Below are positions 50,379 through 64,000 of a stretch of 64,000 nucleotides of DNA, one piece after another. The position numbers were made by a program, and so were the translations under genes. Source of the DNA: Eledone cirrhosa (Eukaryota). Below the pieces are notes generated by a model that had not been told where the DNA came from, did no database searches, and saw nothing but the letters and a program-made list of their open reading frames with translations. Numbering within the stretch: position 1 is the first letter of the stretch; every line of letters begins with the position of its first letter. Where the stretch lies: NCBI GenBank assembly GCA_964016885.1, contig OZ024744.1, forward strand, positions 88,722,001 to 88,786,000, written 5' to 3'.

Positions 50379-52890
50379 ATGGAGTCAACAACACGTGCTA
50401 CTGGTCGCCATGTTACTAGACTTCCTAGCAGCCAGGTCCAACAGTGCCTTGAAACAACTACGCCTGTAAGAAACTTGACACCACGTGTACCATCTAAGTC
50501 TACCTCGAATGCTGGGGAAAACACTATCGATAATAATAATAATCGAAGAAATAATAATAATAATCGAAGAAATTTGACACCACGTGTATCATCCGAGTCT
50601 ACTTCGAATATAGTGGAAAATACTATCGATAATGATAATAATCAAAAGTATAAACAATTGAAAATTTCCCTCAACGAAATCTTCCAGAGAGAAATTAATT
50701 CATGTATAAACATTTCTCTTGCTGAACGTTTTAAAACAACAATATTTAATAAAAATCCAAATAATGAAATATTACGTGTTATTGACGAAATAGGGGATGA
50801 ATATTTACGACGGATAAAAACCCCAACATTTTGGCAAATCAACTCCTGTTTATATGCCCTAGCAACGACAGTGAAGCATTATCTTGGTGATAGCAGAGAT
50901 ATTAACAAAAACAAAACACCACTAAAAATAACATCATATATAACTAAAATAGAAAAAAGATTGCTGACCTACGAAAAACCATAAGATATGTGACAATGCT
51001 CCTTATACCAGAATGGTTGACATTAACACAAACATTACTGGTCCCCAAGAACAAAGACACCCACTTTCTGCTCAAGAAATGTGAAGGATACATCAATGGC
51101 TCACAGGAGAACCTAACCCATAATTTCTTTGTGGGTGATCAGAAACTCTATGCCAACATCATGGATGGGATGAAGAAAAATCTTGACCTGGTTACACCAT
51201 TCTCAAAGGTCATAGGAATGGATAAATGCTCATATATGACTGTAAAGCGGGGAAAAACAACAACCCAATCTAGCAACATTTGTATCAATGGCCTAACTGT
51301 TTCACCAATATCTGATGAGGACTGCTACAGATACCTGGGGATAGATGAGAACATATCCTATAATGGTATCTGTAATAAGGAACACGTAACCAGGGAATAC
51401 TACTCCCGATTAAGAAAGATCTGGTCATCGGAACTCTCTGCGCACAACAAAACAGTGGCTCACAATGTGTTTGCTGTGCCTGTCCTAGCACCAACTTTTG
51501 AAATACTCAATTGGGTGATAGACGAAATCTGAGTGATTGATGTCAGAACTCGAAAAATACTAAACAACAACGGAAACCTCCACATCAACAGTAACGTAGA
51601 CCGCCTTTACTTGAAACGTAAGCAGGGAGGCAGAGGCCTAACATCAGTCCAGACACCATTTGAATGTCGCATCATATCCCTCCGACAACATCTACGAACC
51701 CGTCACTCGAGCAAGTCTATCTACATGAAACAGATAAGATCATGAGAGTTGGGTAGGAACACCTCGAGAGGTATTCCCTGTGTGATAATCAAAACTCACA
51801 CCCAGGGATGTCGCTCAGCAGTATCGCAGTGAATCCATGGATGAAAATTGCATGCTTATCAGCAAAAAGTCATGCATGGATATGTTGCCAGGAAGCTCCA
51901 GAGTGAGAGTAATATAGATAAGGAAAGTAGTCTATCTAGAAACAAAGACCGCTATATTGGCTCCCACTTTGAAGGATACGCTTTTGCAATCCAAGAACAG
52001 GAAATCAACACGAAATACCTGATTCATAAATGAGATAGGGATGCAGGCAAAACACTTAGATGTGATAACAAGTGCAGACTCTGCAGAATTAACATCGAAT
52101 ATGTCACCCATATCATAAGCAACTGTCCAAAGATGTCATCGTGGTACTATCTACCTATGAGGCATGATGAAGTGGCCAAAACACTGTACAATGCAATCCG
52201 TAGAAAAGATAGCCCCGATAATAAACACATTAAAAGCTACAGCAATGTGGAAGACATCCATGTACATAATATGAAAGAGTACTGGTGGAATGTTCCAGTA
52301 AAAGCCCTAGTAAAATGCAGGCATAACAGACCAGATATTATGATATGGGATAGGGAAAAGAAGGCATGCACAGTAGTGGAAGTTAGCTGCCCAGCAGATG
52401 CCAATATAATATCAAAGATTAGCGAAAAAGAGAATATTTATGCAGAACTAATGAGAAATCTGCAGATACTCCACCCTGATTATACCTTCAGATTTATGCC
52501 TGTGACTATTGGGGCACTAGGGTATGTTAGTAACTGCCTCAATACAAATCTTGAGAAGCTGGACTTCACAGGAACAGAAAGAACACAACTAGTTAGGAAA
52601 TTACAAGTACAATCCATTAATGGAAAGTAAAAATATGTAAAACATTCCAAAAATTGTGCATCTAATAACTGCATACACACGTACAGATACTAAGCATATA
52701 CACATGCACACATACAACTCAAAACATACACATCCACACATACAATAACATCCATATCTACACATGCAGACTTACAGACATATCTACCTAGTTGATGTTG
52801 TGTAAATTCCAATGGGAGAGTTTTGTGTCTATGTTAGAAACCGACTCTCTCTCCATTGGCAAAAATTTGTGAAATTATAACACCAGAAGA
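50379..52890 (+). mobile_element. Decayed, internally deleted R4-like RLE LINE followed by (CATA)n
   Basis: YRYLGIDE, RLYLKRKQGGRGL, FAIQEQ, RHDEVAK, HNRPDIMI, KENIY. Confidence 0.85.
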
Positions 52891-52921
52891 ACATACATAC
52901 ATACATACATACATACATACA

Positions 52922-52955
<34 letters not shown>

Positions 52956-53599
52956 AATACATACATATTTTCTGGCAGATTGCCAAGGAAAGACTCCAAA
53001 GCAAGTTGAACATCCCTACTGGAAGAGAATATCAAACGTAAGGTTATCTCTTTATCAAAAGGTTATGTTGTGAGAAAACTTCAAAGTGACAGTAATATAG
53101 ATTGCTGTAGTTTCTCCATCTTGAAAGTGTGTATTAGCTCTCATATTGAAGAATCTATACGCAATCCAGGAACAGGAAATAACAACAAAATAACGGATTT
53201 TTAAAAGAGATAGTGGTGCATTTATAACATATAGGTGTGACAACTGATGTAGAATTCATTAACACCGAAGAGTTGACTCACATCATAAACATATATCTGC
53301 AAATATAATCATGCTATTGTGAACCTGTGGAGCATGTTGTTGTAACCAAAACACTAAACATGCGAATGTCTGTTTATCTGTCCCTCTGTTTGTCAGTCTG
53401 CTGACATCTGAAAGCTATTGTCAGATTGAACACAAACATACAATAATCCATACAGGAATCGCAAATACAAGATTCTAAAAGCCTTCGCTAAGTACAAACC
53501 ACTACCTCGCTATGGATAACTGACGCTGCACACCAGGTCCGGACACGGAAGAGCCGAACTTCCACTGTCATCGCCTTCACCCCCTCCATCCCCCACACC

Positions 53600-53892
53600 C
53601 CACATCTCTCTCTATTATGAGCAAATGGGTTCCCACGTGCTGGCCGTCCCACGGCCCCAGCGGACAGAATGGAGAAGGCGTTTCCCCGAAGGATGGTAAT
53701 GGAGGTACCCAGAAGTCTCCACTGCTGGGGAAACCTGTCGGAGAATGACCGGTACTTGGAGAGTTTGCCCTCCTCAGCCCGAAGTGCCACAGAACCTGGG
53801 TTAGTCGCAGACTGCACCAGGTTGCCGCTGGAGAAAGTCTCGCTGCAAGTGACATCCAAATCGAGGGATTTGACACCACGGAACGGGAACTA
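53600..53892 (-). mobile_element. 3' fragment of a CRE-like RLE LINE
   Basis: DVTCSETF...AEEGKLSKY...ILRGNAFSIL resembles the CRE-clade endonuclease end (QRGNA). Confidence 0.6.
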
Positions 53893-54356
53893 GTTAAAAA
53901 GACGATAGAAAGGTTGCCACGGTCCCTTTAGCTTAATGGTTAAAGCGTCTGGCCAGGATCTGGGCGATACGGTGTTCTATTCCTCATAGCCACTGATGGC
54001 AATTATATTTTCGTCTTTTAAAGGTCTTCACTCTATTTTATAAACTATTTTATAGTCATTCGTAGATAGCCATTCGGGATAAAAAATAAACACAAAACAA
54101 AACAAGACGAAATAACTACATGGGACTATATGGGACAGGAAAATCGAATGCTACACACATATAAGTTAGGCAACCGTAGTTGAAATGAAGGAATGAATTA
54201 AATCAATACTGGTTCGAGGAGTAAGCCCTAGAACTAATATTAATACGATAGACGTGGTGAAGATGATTGGCCAGGTCGGTATCAAATCGCAAAAGGCTGG
54301 AACAAAGGCTTTGAATAGTAGAGTAGGAACAATATGTATATATATATATATATATA

Positions 54357-54865
54357 CTAGCCGAATTACCCGCGCCTTCTTGCTGCGTTTTACACATTTT
54401 TTTTTCTTTTTTTGTAAGAAAATGATGATTGATTTTAAATCATTGACATAATTTATGGAGAAAACTCTGTATTTCAATAATATTCAATGCAAAATTTAAT
54501 ACATGATAAATTTGAAAAAAATATTTTTTGTAATATATCAAATCAAAATTACATTATTAAATCTTATTCTTATTTTGTTTCTTGTAAATATTTTTTTTCA
54601 AAATATCAATTCAAAACTCTTGTGAATAGGCATCATATCTTGTCATTAACTTTCATATATATCGAAGGGAAACATTTTTCCCCGGGGGTTTTCAACGGGG
54701 GATTGTACCCCCAAGGAACCCTTTGATTAAAATGAAATATACTTATCCAAGTACACTGGGCAATGTAGTTTCAGAATATATATGGGGGGGGGGGTTCTAT
54801 CTCCAAAACGATAGGAGGAGTTCGGGAACAAACAAACAAACAGACAGAAACTTTATATATATAGA
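54357..54865 (-). mobile_element. Non-autonomous Helitron
   Basis: Minus strand starts TC (tctatatatataaag), has (GTTT)n, ends with a GC-rich subterminal segment and CTAG, inserted between A and T. Confidence 0.7.
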
Positions 54866-56254
54866 TATGTGAGTCCCTGATTCAATCGGGGCTAAACACA
54901 GTAAGTGAAGTACTCAATACATTAGTAGAGTATATACAACTCTGTCACAAGTCACAACCCTTTCCCTCCCTCTTTCTCGCTGCCTCAGTATCTATGTATC
55001 TATCTATGACACTCTTCCTCACTCCATCTCTCTCAGCTTTCTCTCCCGTCTCTCTCCCCCCCCCCCTTCTCTCTTCCCCCGTCTCAGTCACCTTCTCTTG
55101 TCACTCTCTCCTTCACTCTATTACACTCTCCCTCACTCCATCTTTCTCCCTCTCTTCCTCCGTCACACTCTCCTTCTCTCGTCACTCTCTCCTTCATTCG
55201 TCAATCTCTATTTCCCTTTATCATACTCTCCCTCACTCCATCTTTCTCTCTCCTGTCTCTCTATCTCTCTCTCGTCTCTCTCTCCCGTCCATCTCTCTCT
55301 CTCGTCCCGTCTCCCTCGTCCCTATCTCTCTCCCGTTTCTCTCTCTCTCTATCTCTGTCTCTGCACAATTCAAAACCGCTCTTTACCCACACTTTCTGTA
55401 TGATGTTACTTTCGGTGATTTTTTTTTTTTTTTGCTTCCATATTTAACAGGCACAAACACACACAGACATATAACATATACAAGCAAAACGCACACAAAC
55501 ATGCATGTAAACACACACAAACACACACAGACGCACAAACATGAAAACAAACACACACAAAAAACAGACAAACACATACAAAGATGAACACAAACAATCA
55601 CATAAACACACTTTTTAAAAAAATGCATAAATGCTTAACAAAATTTGTGAATTCACATTCATTTTTTTTTTTTAGAAATCAGAACTTCCTCGCTAAAATA
55701 TCGCCTCTCTAAAGCCGAAATTGAAGGAAACTTCTCAAAATTTAAAAGACACAAAATCCATAACAGTTCTTTAATATTATTGCAGCTTGCCGCATCTGTC
55801 AACGCAACAGCGCTGCCATTCTTAAATTCCCCACAAGAATGCTTCAAACCTCACCCTGCAAACAAACAAATATATAAACAAAAATAAAATATAATAAAAT
55901 AAAGTATAATAAATATATATTCATATCATATATTCTGCCTAAGAAACTTTTTTTTTTAAATACACAGATTTTACATATTTCTTGTGTGTATCTTTTAATG
56001 ATAACAATAATATAAATGTATGTGTATATATATATGTATGTGTATATATATATGTATATAAATGTATATACATGTATATATATATATATATATATAAATG
56101 AAATATATGTATATATATATATTACATTATATTATATTATGTATATATATATATATTACATATTTCTTGTGTGTATCTTTTAATGATAATAATAATATAA
56201 ATGTATGTGTATATATATGTATGTGTATATATATATGTATATAAATGTATATGC

Positions 56255-56312
<58 letters not shown>

Positions 56313-56342
56313 GAAATATATGTATATATATATATAAATGAA

Positions 56343-56373
<31 letters not shown>

Positions 56374-56451
56374 CATACAAGTATGCATGTATATTTACGT
56401 GTATGCATGCATATATAGATATATAGATATACTATACACACACACATACAT

Positions 56452-56487
<36 letters not shown>

Positions 56488-56554
56488 GTGTGTGTGTGTA
56501 AAATGGAAACAGAAATAACATCACAATCGGTACAGTATATGGATATATATACAG

Positions 56555-56642
<88 letters not shown>

Positions 56643-56786
56643 CGCCACGTATACAGGTAGAGTCGCTTACATATTCAATGTCTGTTTGTTAGTGTGTTTA
56701 TTAGACATTTTACTAGGCCCCATATTGATCAATAACAGCAATATCGAACCTTCAGCACCATGTTAGCTGTCACCAGAGGTCTTTGT

Positions 56787-56820
<34 letters not shown>

Positions 56821-56904
56821 TTATATATATATATATGTTTATATAATTTATTTTTTACATCTTTGTTGATGCCGGCTATGTTGCTGATGTTACTGATGCT
56901 GTAC

Positions 56905-58262
56905 TGATGGTGATGGTGGTGGTGGTGGTGGTGATGGTGGTGGTGGTTGTGGTGGTGGCGGTGGTGAACGTGGTGTTGGTGGTGGTTGTGGTGAACCTAG
57001 TGGTGGTGGTGGTGATGGTGGTGATGGTTGTGGTGGTGGCGGTGGTGAACGTGGTGTTGGTGGTGGTTGTGGTGAACCTAGTGGTGGTGGTGGAGGTGGT
57101 AATGGTGGTGCTGGTTTGATGGTGGTGGTGATGGTGGTTGTGGTTGTGGTGGTGGTACGTGATGGTGGAGGTGGTAGTGGTGGTGCTGGTTTGATGGTGG
57201 TGGTGATGGTGGTGATGGTTGTGGTGGTGGTGGTGAACGTGGTGTTGGTGGTGGTTGTGGTGAACCTAGTGGTGGTGGTGGTGATGGTGGTGATGGTTGT
57301 GGTGGTGGCGGTGGTGAACGTGGTGTTGGTGGTGGTTGTGGTGAACCTAGTGGTGGTGGTGGAGGTGGTAATGGTGGTGCTGGTTTGATGGTGGTGGTGA
57401 TGGTGGTTGTGGTTGTGGTGGTGGTACGTGATGGTGGAGGTGGTAGTGGTGGTGCTGGTTTGATGGTGGTGGTGATGGTGGTGATGGTTGTGGTGGTGGT
57501 GGACGTGGTGTTGGTGGTGGTGAACCTAATGGTGCTGGTGGTGGTGGTGAACGTGGTGGTGGAGGTGGTAGTGGTGGTGGAGGTGGTAGTGGTGGTGGAG
57601 GTGGTAGTGGTGGTGCTGGTTTGATGGTGGTGGTGATGGTGGTGATGGTTGTGGTGGTGGTGAACGTGGTGTTGGTGGTGGTGGTGGTGGAGGTGGTTGT
57701 GGTGGTGCTGGTTTGATGGTGGTGTTGGTGGTGATGGTTGTGGTGGTGGTGGTGAACGTGGTGCTGGTGGTGGTTGTGGTGAGCCTAGTGGTGGTGGTGG
57801 TGGTGGTGCGTGGTGGAGGTAGTAGTGGTGGTGCTGGTTTGATAGTGGTGGTGATGGTGGTGATGGTGATGGTGTGATGGTGGTGGTGAACGTTTTGGTG
57901 GTGTGATGGTAGTGGTGGTGGTGTGATGATGGTGGTGGTGTGATGGCGGTGGTGGTGTGATGGTGGTGTTGGTGGTGTGTTGGTGTCGGTGGTGGTGGTG
58001 GTGGTAGTGGTATTGGTGAACGTAGTGGTGGGGGAATGTGCTCGTGATGGTGGTTGTCGTCGTCGTCTTGGTCGTGTGATGGTGGTGGTGGTGGTGGTGG
58101 TGTTGGTGGTAGTGGTGGTGGTGGTGTTGATGGTGGTGGTAGTGGTGGTGGTAGTGGTGGTGGTGATGATGGGGGTGGTGAGAGTGATGGGGGGGGGGGG
58201 GGTAGTAGTGGTGGTTTACGTGGTGGTGGCGTGATGGTGGTGGTAGTGGTGGTGGTGTGAGT
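56905..58262. repeat. Degenerate (GGT)n minisatellite with a ~269-bp higher-order duplication
   Basis: Blocks starting 57116 and 57385 repeat; recurring gtgaacgtgg and gaacctagtgg variants. Confidence 0.9.
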
Positions 58263-58359
58263 GATGGGGTTGATTTCTTTTCTGTTTTATGAATTGCTAA
58301 ATTATTTTTTTTCTATTATATTGTATTTCGTTGCCCACTGATCCATCACTCTATTATAC

Positions 58360-58447
<88 letters not shown>

Positions 58448-58465
58448 ACACATATATGTGTGTAT

Positions 58466-58522
58466 ATAGGAAAAAGTATGACCACGACGGCAGAGCTAAA
58501 GCCGTTTCGACGGCTAATAGCC
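58466..58522 (-). mobile_element. Single arm of foldback family A
   Basis: ataggaaaaagtatgaccacgacggcagagctaaagccgtttcgacggcta. Confidence 0.75.
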
Positions 58523-58949
58523 TGTACATGATCTACAAAGGCTTTCAAAAATCGATATTAGAGCCTTTGGAGACATTAAAAATGTTTCGTTTAATTGTGT
58601 CAATTTTCGTGATTAAGTAAGACAAGAGTTACCTTTCGTCAATACAATAGGAACTCATTTTTGATGTTGTCAAACATTTTGTTTTGGGATTTTGATTATT
58701 ACAATTCGGCTCATTCGGATTTTACTTTACTCTTTGTACTTGAAACAAAAGGGTTTACTGTTGTCAAAAAAATTTATACCTAGACTGGATTTCTGTTGTT
58801 ACATGGGATAACGGACGACACCGAGCTCACATATTAATTATTTCGCTGGAATAGTGCCTAAGGTTTTCATGTTTACATAAAGTACGTTTTTCTTCTATGT
58901 ATTTAAATTTACTTTGTTTAGTTTAATGAGCTACATCGAAATCTACTTG

Positions 58950-58978
58950 AACCGTCCAAAAGACGGGTAGTTTAGCTA

Positions 58979-58980
<2 letters not shown>
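58950..58980 (+). mobile_element. Helitron-type 3' terminus
   Basis: Hairpin ccgtc-caaaa-gacgg followed after a short spacer by CTAG|T. Confidence 0.55.
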
Positions 58981-59059
<79 letters not shown>

Positions 59060-59144
59060 CATATATATTCGTATACACACACACACATCTATATATATGT
59101 ATATATATATATATACATACATATATATATATATGTGTGTGTGT

Positions 59145-59182
<38 letters not shown>

Positions 59183-59659
59183 GTGTATTTATATATATAT
59201 ATATGTGTGTATGTATACATATATTCCGTTGAATATATGTAATACTTTTTGTTTTTTGTTGTTGTTGATAGTGGTGGTGGTACTGGTGGAGTGGTAAGGG
59301 GTCTCCGTCATTCTTTTGGTGTCATGTTCAGAGCGTTGATGATGTGACACGGATGATAATAACGATAATGGTAGTGGTGGTGGGAGGGTGTGATGTTGTT
59401 GCTGCTACTGTTGTAACTACTACTACTGCGACTACTGCTGCTGCTACGGGTCATGGTTATTGCATTTGTTGGTAGTGGGGCTGAACACGGTGCTGAACAC
59501 ACTATTCAAGGGTTTGAAGAATGCATTATTCAAGACACTCTTGGCACACGCGTCACTTTGACTGCTCGGATCAACGGTACAGCCTTACAAGTGACTGAAC
59601 ATACCACAAACACGCGTACCCATAACGTAGTTCTCGGGGAGATTCAGCGTGAAACAATA

Positions 59660-59986
59660 TGACAAGGTTGGCCATTCAAACTACAGTTAAAACTCATTTT
59701 TTGCCAGCTGAGTCAGTTGAAGCAACGTGAAATAATTTGTTTTGCTCAATGACGCAGTCCGCTGCCGGGAATCGAACTCATATCCTTACGATCTTGAGCC
59801 GAATCCCTAACCACAAAGCCATGCTGCAAGGCGGCGTAATGGCAGAGTCGTTAGAACGTTGAATAGAATCCTTTGCGGTATTCGTTTCGGCTCTCTGCTC
59901 TCTTAGTTCAAATCCCGCCAAGATCATCTTTGCTTTTCGGTCATTCAAAGTCGATAAGAAAAGTACCAGCCTAATACTGGGGTCAA
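59660..59986. mobile_element. Head-to-head SINEs: family 2 (minus, ~59660-59825) and decayed family 1 (plus, ~59830-59986)
   Basis: gggaatcgaactc is a reverse B box; agttcaaatcccgcc is a B box followed by a gtcgataa..aagtaccag domain. Confidence 0.65.
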
Positions 59987-60259
59987 TTTTCCCTCTATTT
60001 CTCTTTCTCTCTTCCATTCTGTCACTCTCTCTCTATCTTTCTCTGGTATAAATCTGCTGTATTCAGACCTGAGAAGGTGATGTTTTCTGCCAGGTTTAAA
60101 AACGCCCTTACGGCTCTACCAGGAGTTACGGAAAACAATACAGTGTCATGTTAAGACTTTTATGAAACATTGAATCGACAATGGCTAAATGGAATGCACA
60201 CAACCACACACACACACACACACACACACACAGGATGAGAGAGAGAGAGAGAGAGAGAT

Positions 60260-60335
<76 letters not shown>

Positions 60336-60549
60336 CACACACATACACACACTCGCACATACTCACACACACTCACACACACACACACACATGTTGGACC
60401 TCTGTCGGTTTCAATGAGTGCTATTCCAGTTGATTCGTTGTTCAACGGAACAGCGTACTCAGAATATGAACGTTCAGATTATGCATCTATCTACATATAC
60501 ATGCATTGTCAGGGAGATTCACTGTAACGAGACAGAGTGTAACAAAGCG

Positions 60550-60675
60550 GGTCCCTTGAATTCTAGGTAAAACTCATTTATCCCAACTGAGTGGACTGCA
60601 ACAACATGAAATAAAGTGTTATGCCAGGAATTGAACTCATGACCTTACGATCGTAAACAGAATACCCTAACCAAT
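60550..60675 (-). mobile_element. SINE family 2 fragment
   Basis: gaaataaagtgt, ggaattgaactc, accctaacca. Confidence 0.6.
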
Positions 60676-60823
60676 GTATCACCCACTTACACACACATAC
60701 ATATTAACTATGTACGTGTGTATTTATGTATATATTTATATATATGTGTGTGTGTGTGCGTAAACACACACACATATATATATATATCATGTACATGCAC
60801 ATATATATATATATCATGTACAT

Positions 60824-60874
<51 letters not shown>

Positions 60875-60875
<1 letters not shown>

Positions 60876-61550
60876 CATCCAGCAACTCAGACACCCCAAA
60901 CCCAGGAATAAACCGAAACAGAAAACTCTACCATACATCTCCACACACAACCCCCTCAACAATGAACCATTCGACACCGTCCTCCAGAACATTCCTTTAC
61001 TAAAAAGAGATCCAAGAATGAATAAAATCCTCCAAACACACAACATCATAAAGAGCAAAAGACAACCTAAATCCACAAAAAACATCCTCACACAAGCTAA
61101 AATCCAACCAACCCTCACAATGAACCCCACAGTAAAAAAATGCGGAAGGCCCACTGTGGTATATGCATAAATCTAATAGAAGGTTCAACATTCCACTTTA
61201 AACAAGGACAACATTTCAGAGTTAAATACAACTTTACATGTGCATCTAAAAACCTAATTTATGTTTTGACCTGCTCAGATTGTCAAGAGCACTACATAGG
61301 ACAGACAAAAAACAGCCTCCGACAATGTATAACCGTCCATAAATCACAAATCAAAATACAGGAATACAGAAAGATTGCTTTTAGTGAACATATCGCCAAT
61401 TGTGCACCTAACCAACATCCAAACTTTAGAATTTTCCCCATTTACAAATTCATAGACAACGATTCTTTCATCCATGGTAATAATAAGGAAACGCACTTCA
61501 TTAACAAATTCCAACCTCTACTTAATGCACTAAACTTCGGGCTAAACTAA
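60875..61550 (+). pseudogene. 3' fragment of a second Penelope-like element (GIY-YIG domain), frameshifted
   Basis: LPYISTHNP; CGIC; NLIYVLTCSDCQEHYIGQT; KETHFINKFQPLLN; starts at (TA)n. Confidence 0.85.
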
Positions 61551-62296
61551 AACTGGAACGAACAATGAACCATAGTCCCAAAACCCTATGTTCTCTAAAG
61601 AGTTACCTCCATTACACCCTACCTAATCCTTTTTCTTATATAAATGAATTATCTCCTCTCCTCTCTTTCTCCTACCCGACCACCCTGAATTACCCCCCCC
61701 CCCTGCATATTAATTCTCTAAAAAGGGAAAACACATCCAATCTCAGGCAGACATTTGCCTCCATCATGGATCAACTTCTTTAAGCGTTCGTACCATAATA
61801 ACATTTTTTGAACTGCTTATCCTCAAAAACAATGCTTGTAAATAATACTATTCTTTCTTTCCCATTACCTTATCATGTTCCACATCACCCTTTTTTTTTA
61901 CTTCAAAAACCTTGTTTGTAAATAATATTATTCTTTCTTTCCCAATTCAATAACATGTCAACATTACCTTAACCAATACAAATCCCCCCCACCCCACCCC
62001 ACACACTTTTTTTTTCTCTCCCACTCACATAATTTGATAATGCATAAAATGCTGAAACCGGAAATTGATAATCATTAAATAAATAAATTAATATATAAAA
62101 GAATCAATGCTATTGTTAATTAATAAATAAATTATCTAATACCTTAACACTTACTTCACACAAAGTAAAATATTTTGTTTTAAACCCTTTCTAACCCTGA
62201 AAAAAGAGAAAAAAAGAAGGAAAAAAAAATATTTTTCTTCCTAATAATCGTTTTATATATATATTGAAACTCGTGTGCTCCTTCGATGCAATATAT

Positions 62297-62911
<615 letters not shown>

Positions 62912-62999
62912 CTTGGAGACAACAAAGAGGTACAAAAATATATTGCCAAATATACTATACATACTTATATATATACATATATATATATATGTGTGTGTT

Positions 63000-63067
<68 letters not shown>

Positions 63068-63087
63068 ATGTATAGTATATTTTAGTG

Positions 63088-63205
63088 AAGACGTGTGGCT
63101 GAGTGGTTAGAGAATTGGATTCACAATCTTGAGATTGTGAGTTCGATTCCTGGACCGGGCGATGCGTTATGGCCTTGAGCAAGACACTTTATTTCACGTT
63201 GCTCC
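63088..63205 (+). mobile_element. tRNA-derived SINE family 2 (CORE-like body)
   Basis: tggctgagtgg A box, gagttcgattcc B box, ccttgagcaagacactt. Confidence 0.75.
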
Positions 63206-64000
63206 TTCTACCTGGAGTTGCGACCGATAGATAGTATTAGCAACTGGAAAGACCGACGAAAACATTGTTTCCTCGGTCCGATTTGACGAAAGTCGATCGA
63301 TAGTATATTTGGCCATATACAGTATGTTTAATTGAAAAAGTATTTAGATGACGACTCACTATCAGTTTTAAAGTAGTGACTATGTCACTTACTTATATTC
63401 GGCAAAGGTAGGGAGAGAAACTGACAGTCTGTTTCTCGCTCTTTGGTGTTTATCAAAACCTGGCATTCCCCTGCCTTTGCCGAAAATTATAGAAGCTGGA
63501 TTCTTATAGAATTCCAGTAATAATAAGGAGTTGATTATACAGAGCGATTGCCGGTCCAGCAAAAGTTCGGTAATAATATTGGTGCCCTGAAATAGCGATG
63601 TATACATGAATGTATATATAACGTATATATATATATATATATATTTATTTCTTCCTCCCGTTAGACCTGTGCGAAATTCCTTCCTTGCTCACATTTCAAC
63701 CAGGTTTGATGGTCTTTATTCTCTCGTTCACGATTTCACCGAACTTAAATTCATAGAAATCTGGGACTTGTCTCTTTCTTCCTCACTTTCTGTTGCTTCA
63801 CCATTTTGTTTATTTACCCTCGCGTCCCCTTTATTTACGTGTCCCAACGACTTTTTTTAGCCGTTGCTCGCACCAACCGGAGGTATATGGTCTTTAAAGC
63901 GATGAAATGCCTATGATGGTTGGAAGATCACTGATGAAGGACAAACTTTTTTCATATGTAACCCATTTGCAACTCCGCAGCGCCCTTATTATCATATATA

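Noticed and set aside
53921-53995. tRNA gene
   Set aside because: A/B-box-like sequence only; no convincing cloverleaf, probably a decayed SINE head
56907-58260. Gly-rich or Val-rich structural protein on the plus strand
   Set aside because: Repeated frame breaks; behaves as a (GGT)n minisatellite
63930-63965. Hammerhead at CTGATGA
   Set aside because: No stem II or GAAA follows

Overview
AT-rich animal genomic DNA made almost entirely of repeats; the SINE and microsatellite content suggests a cephalopod such as Octopus (inference). No host gene can be called with confidence. From about 5.4 to 36 kb, retroelements are stacked in (ATT)n tracts: four Tx1-like LINE copies with ORF1 sequence (two with an intact 1139-aa APE-RT ORF2), one divergent 3' fragment, several R4/Dong-like RLE-LINE fragments on the opposite strand, and tRNA-derived SINEs. 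A second group sits in (TA)n tracts: a near-intact Penelope-like element (RT + GIY-YIG) with an inverted pseudo-LTR, and at least seven short foldback elements, several carrying hammerhead ribozyme motifs. The most unusual signals are four. (1) The Tx1 ORF1/ORF2 spacer is complementary to the start of the 3'UTR, so a long-range duplex would enclose ORF2 exactly. (2) The same spacer forms a candidate 52-53 nt intron that would fuse ORF1 and ORF2 in frame. (3) The foldback mini-elements carry paired hammerheads, including a non-canonical variant with an extra hairpin. (4) One foldback element holds a ~207-bp copy of flanking DNA in its loop. All alignments and folds were done by eye and boundaries are approximate.
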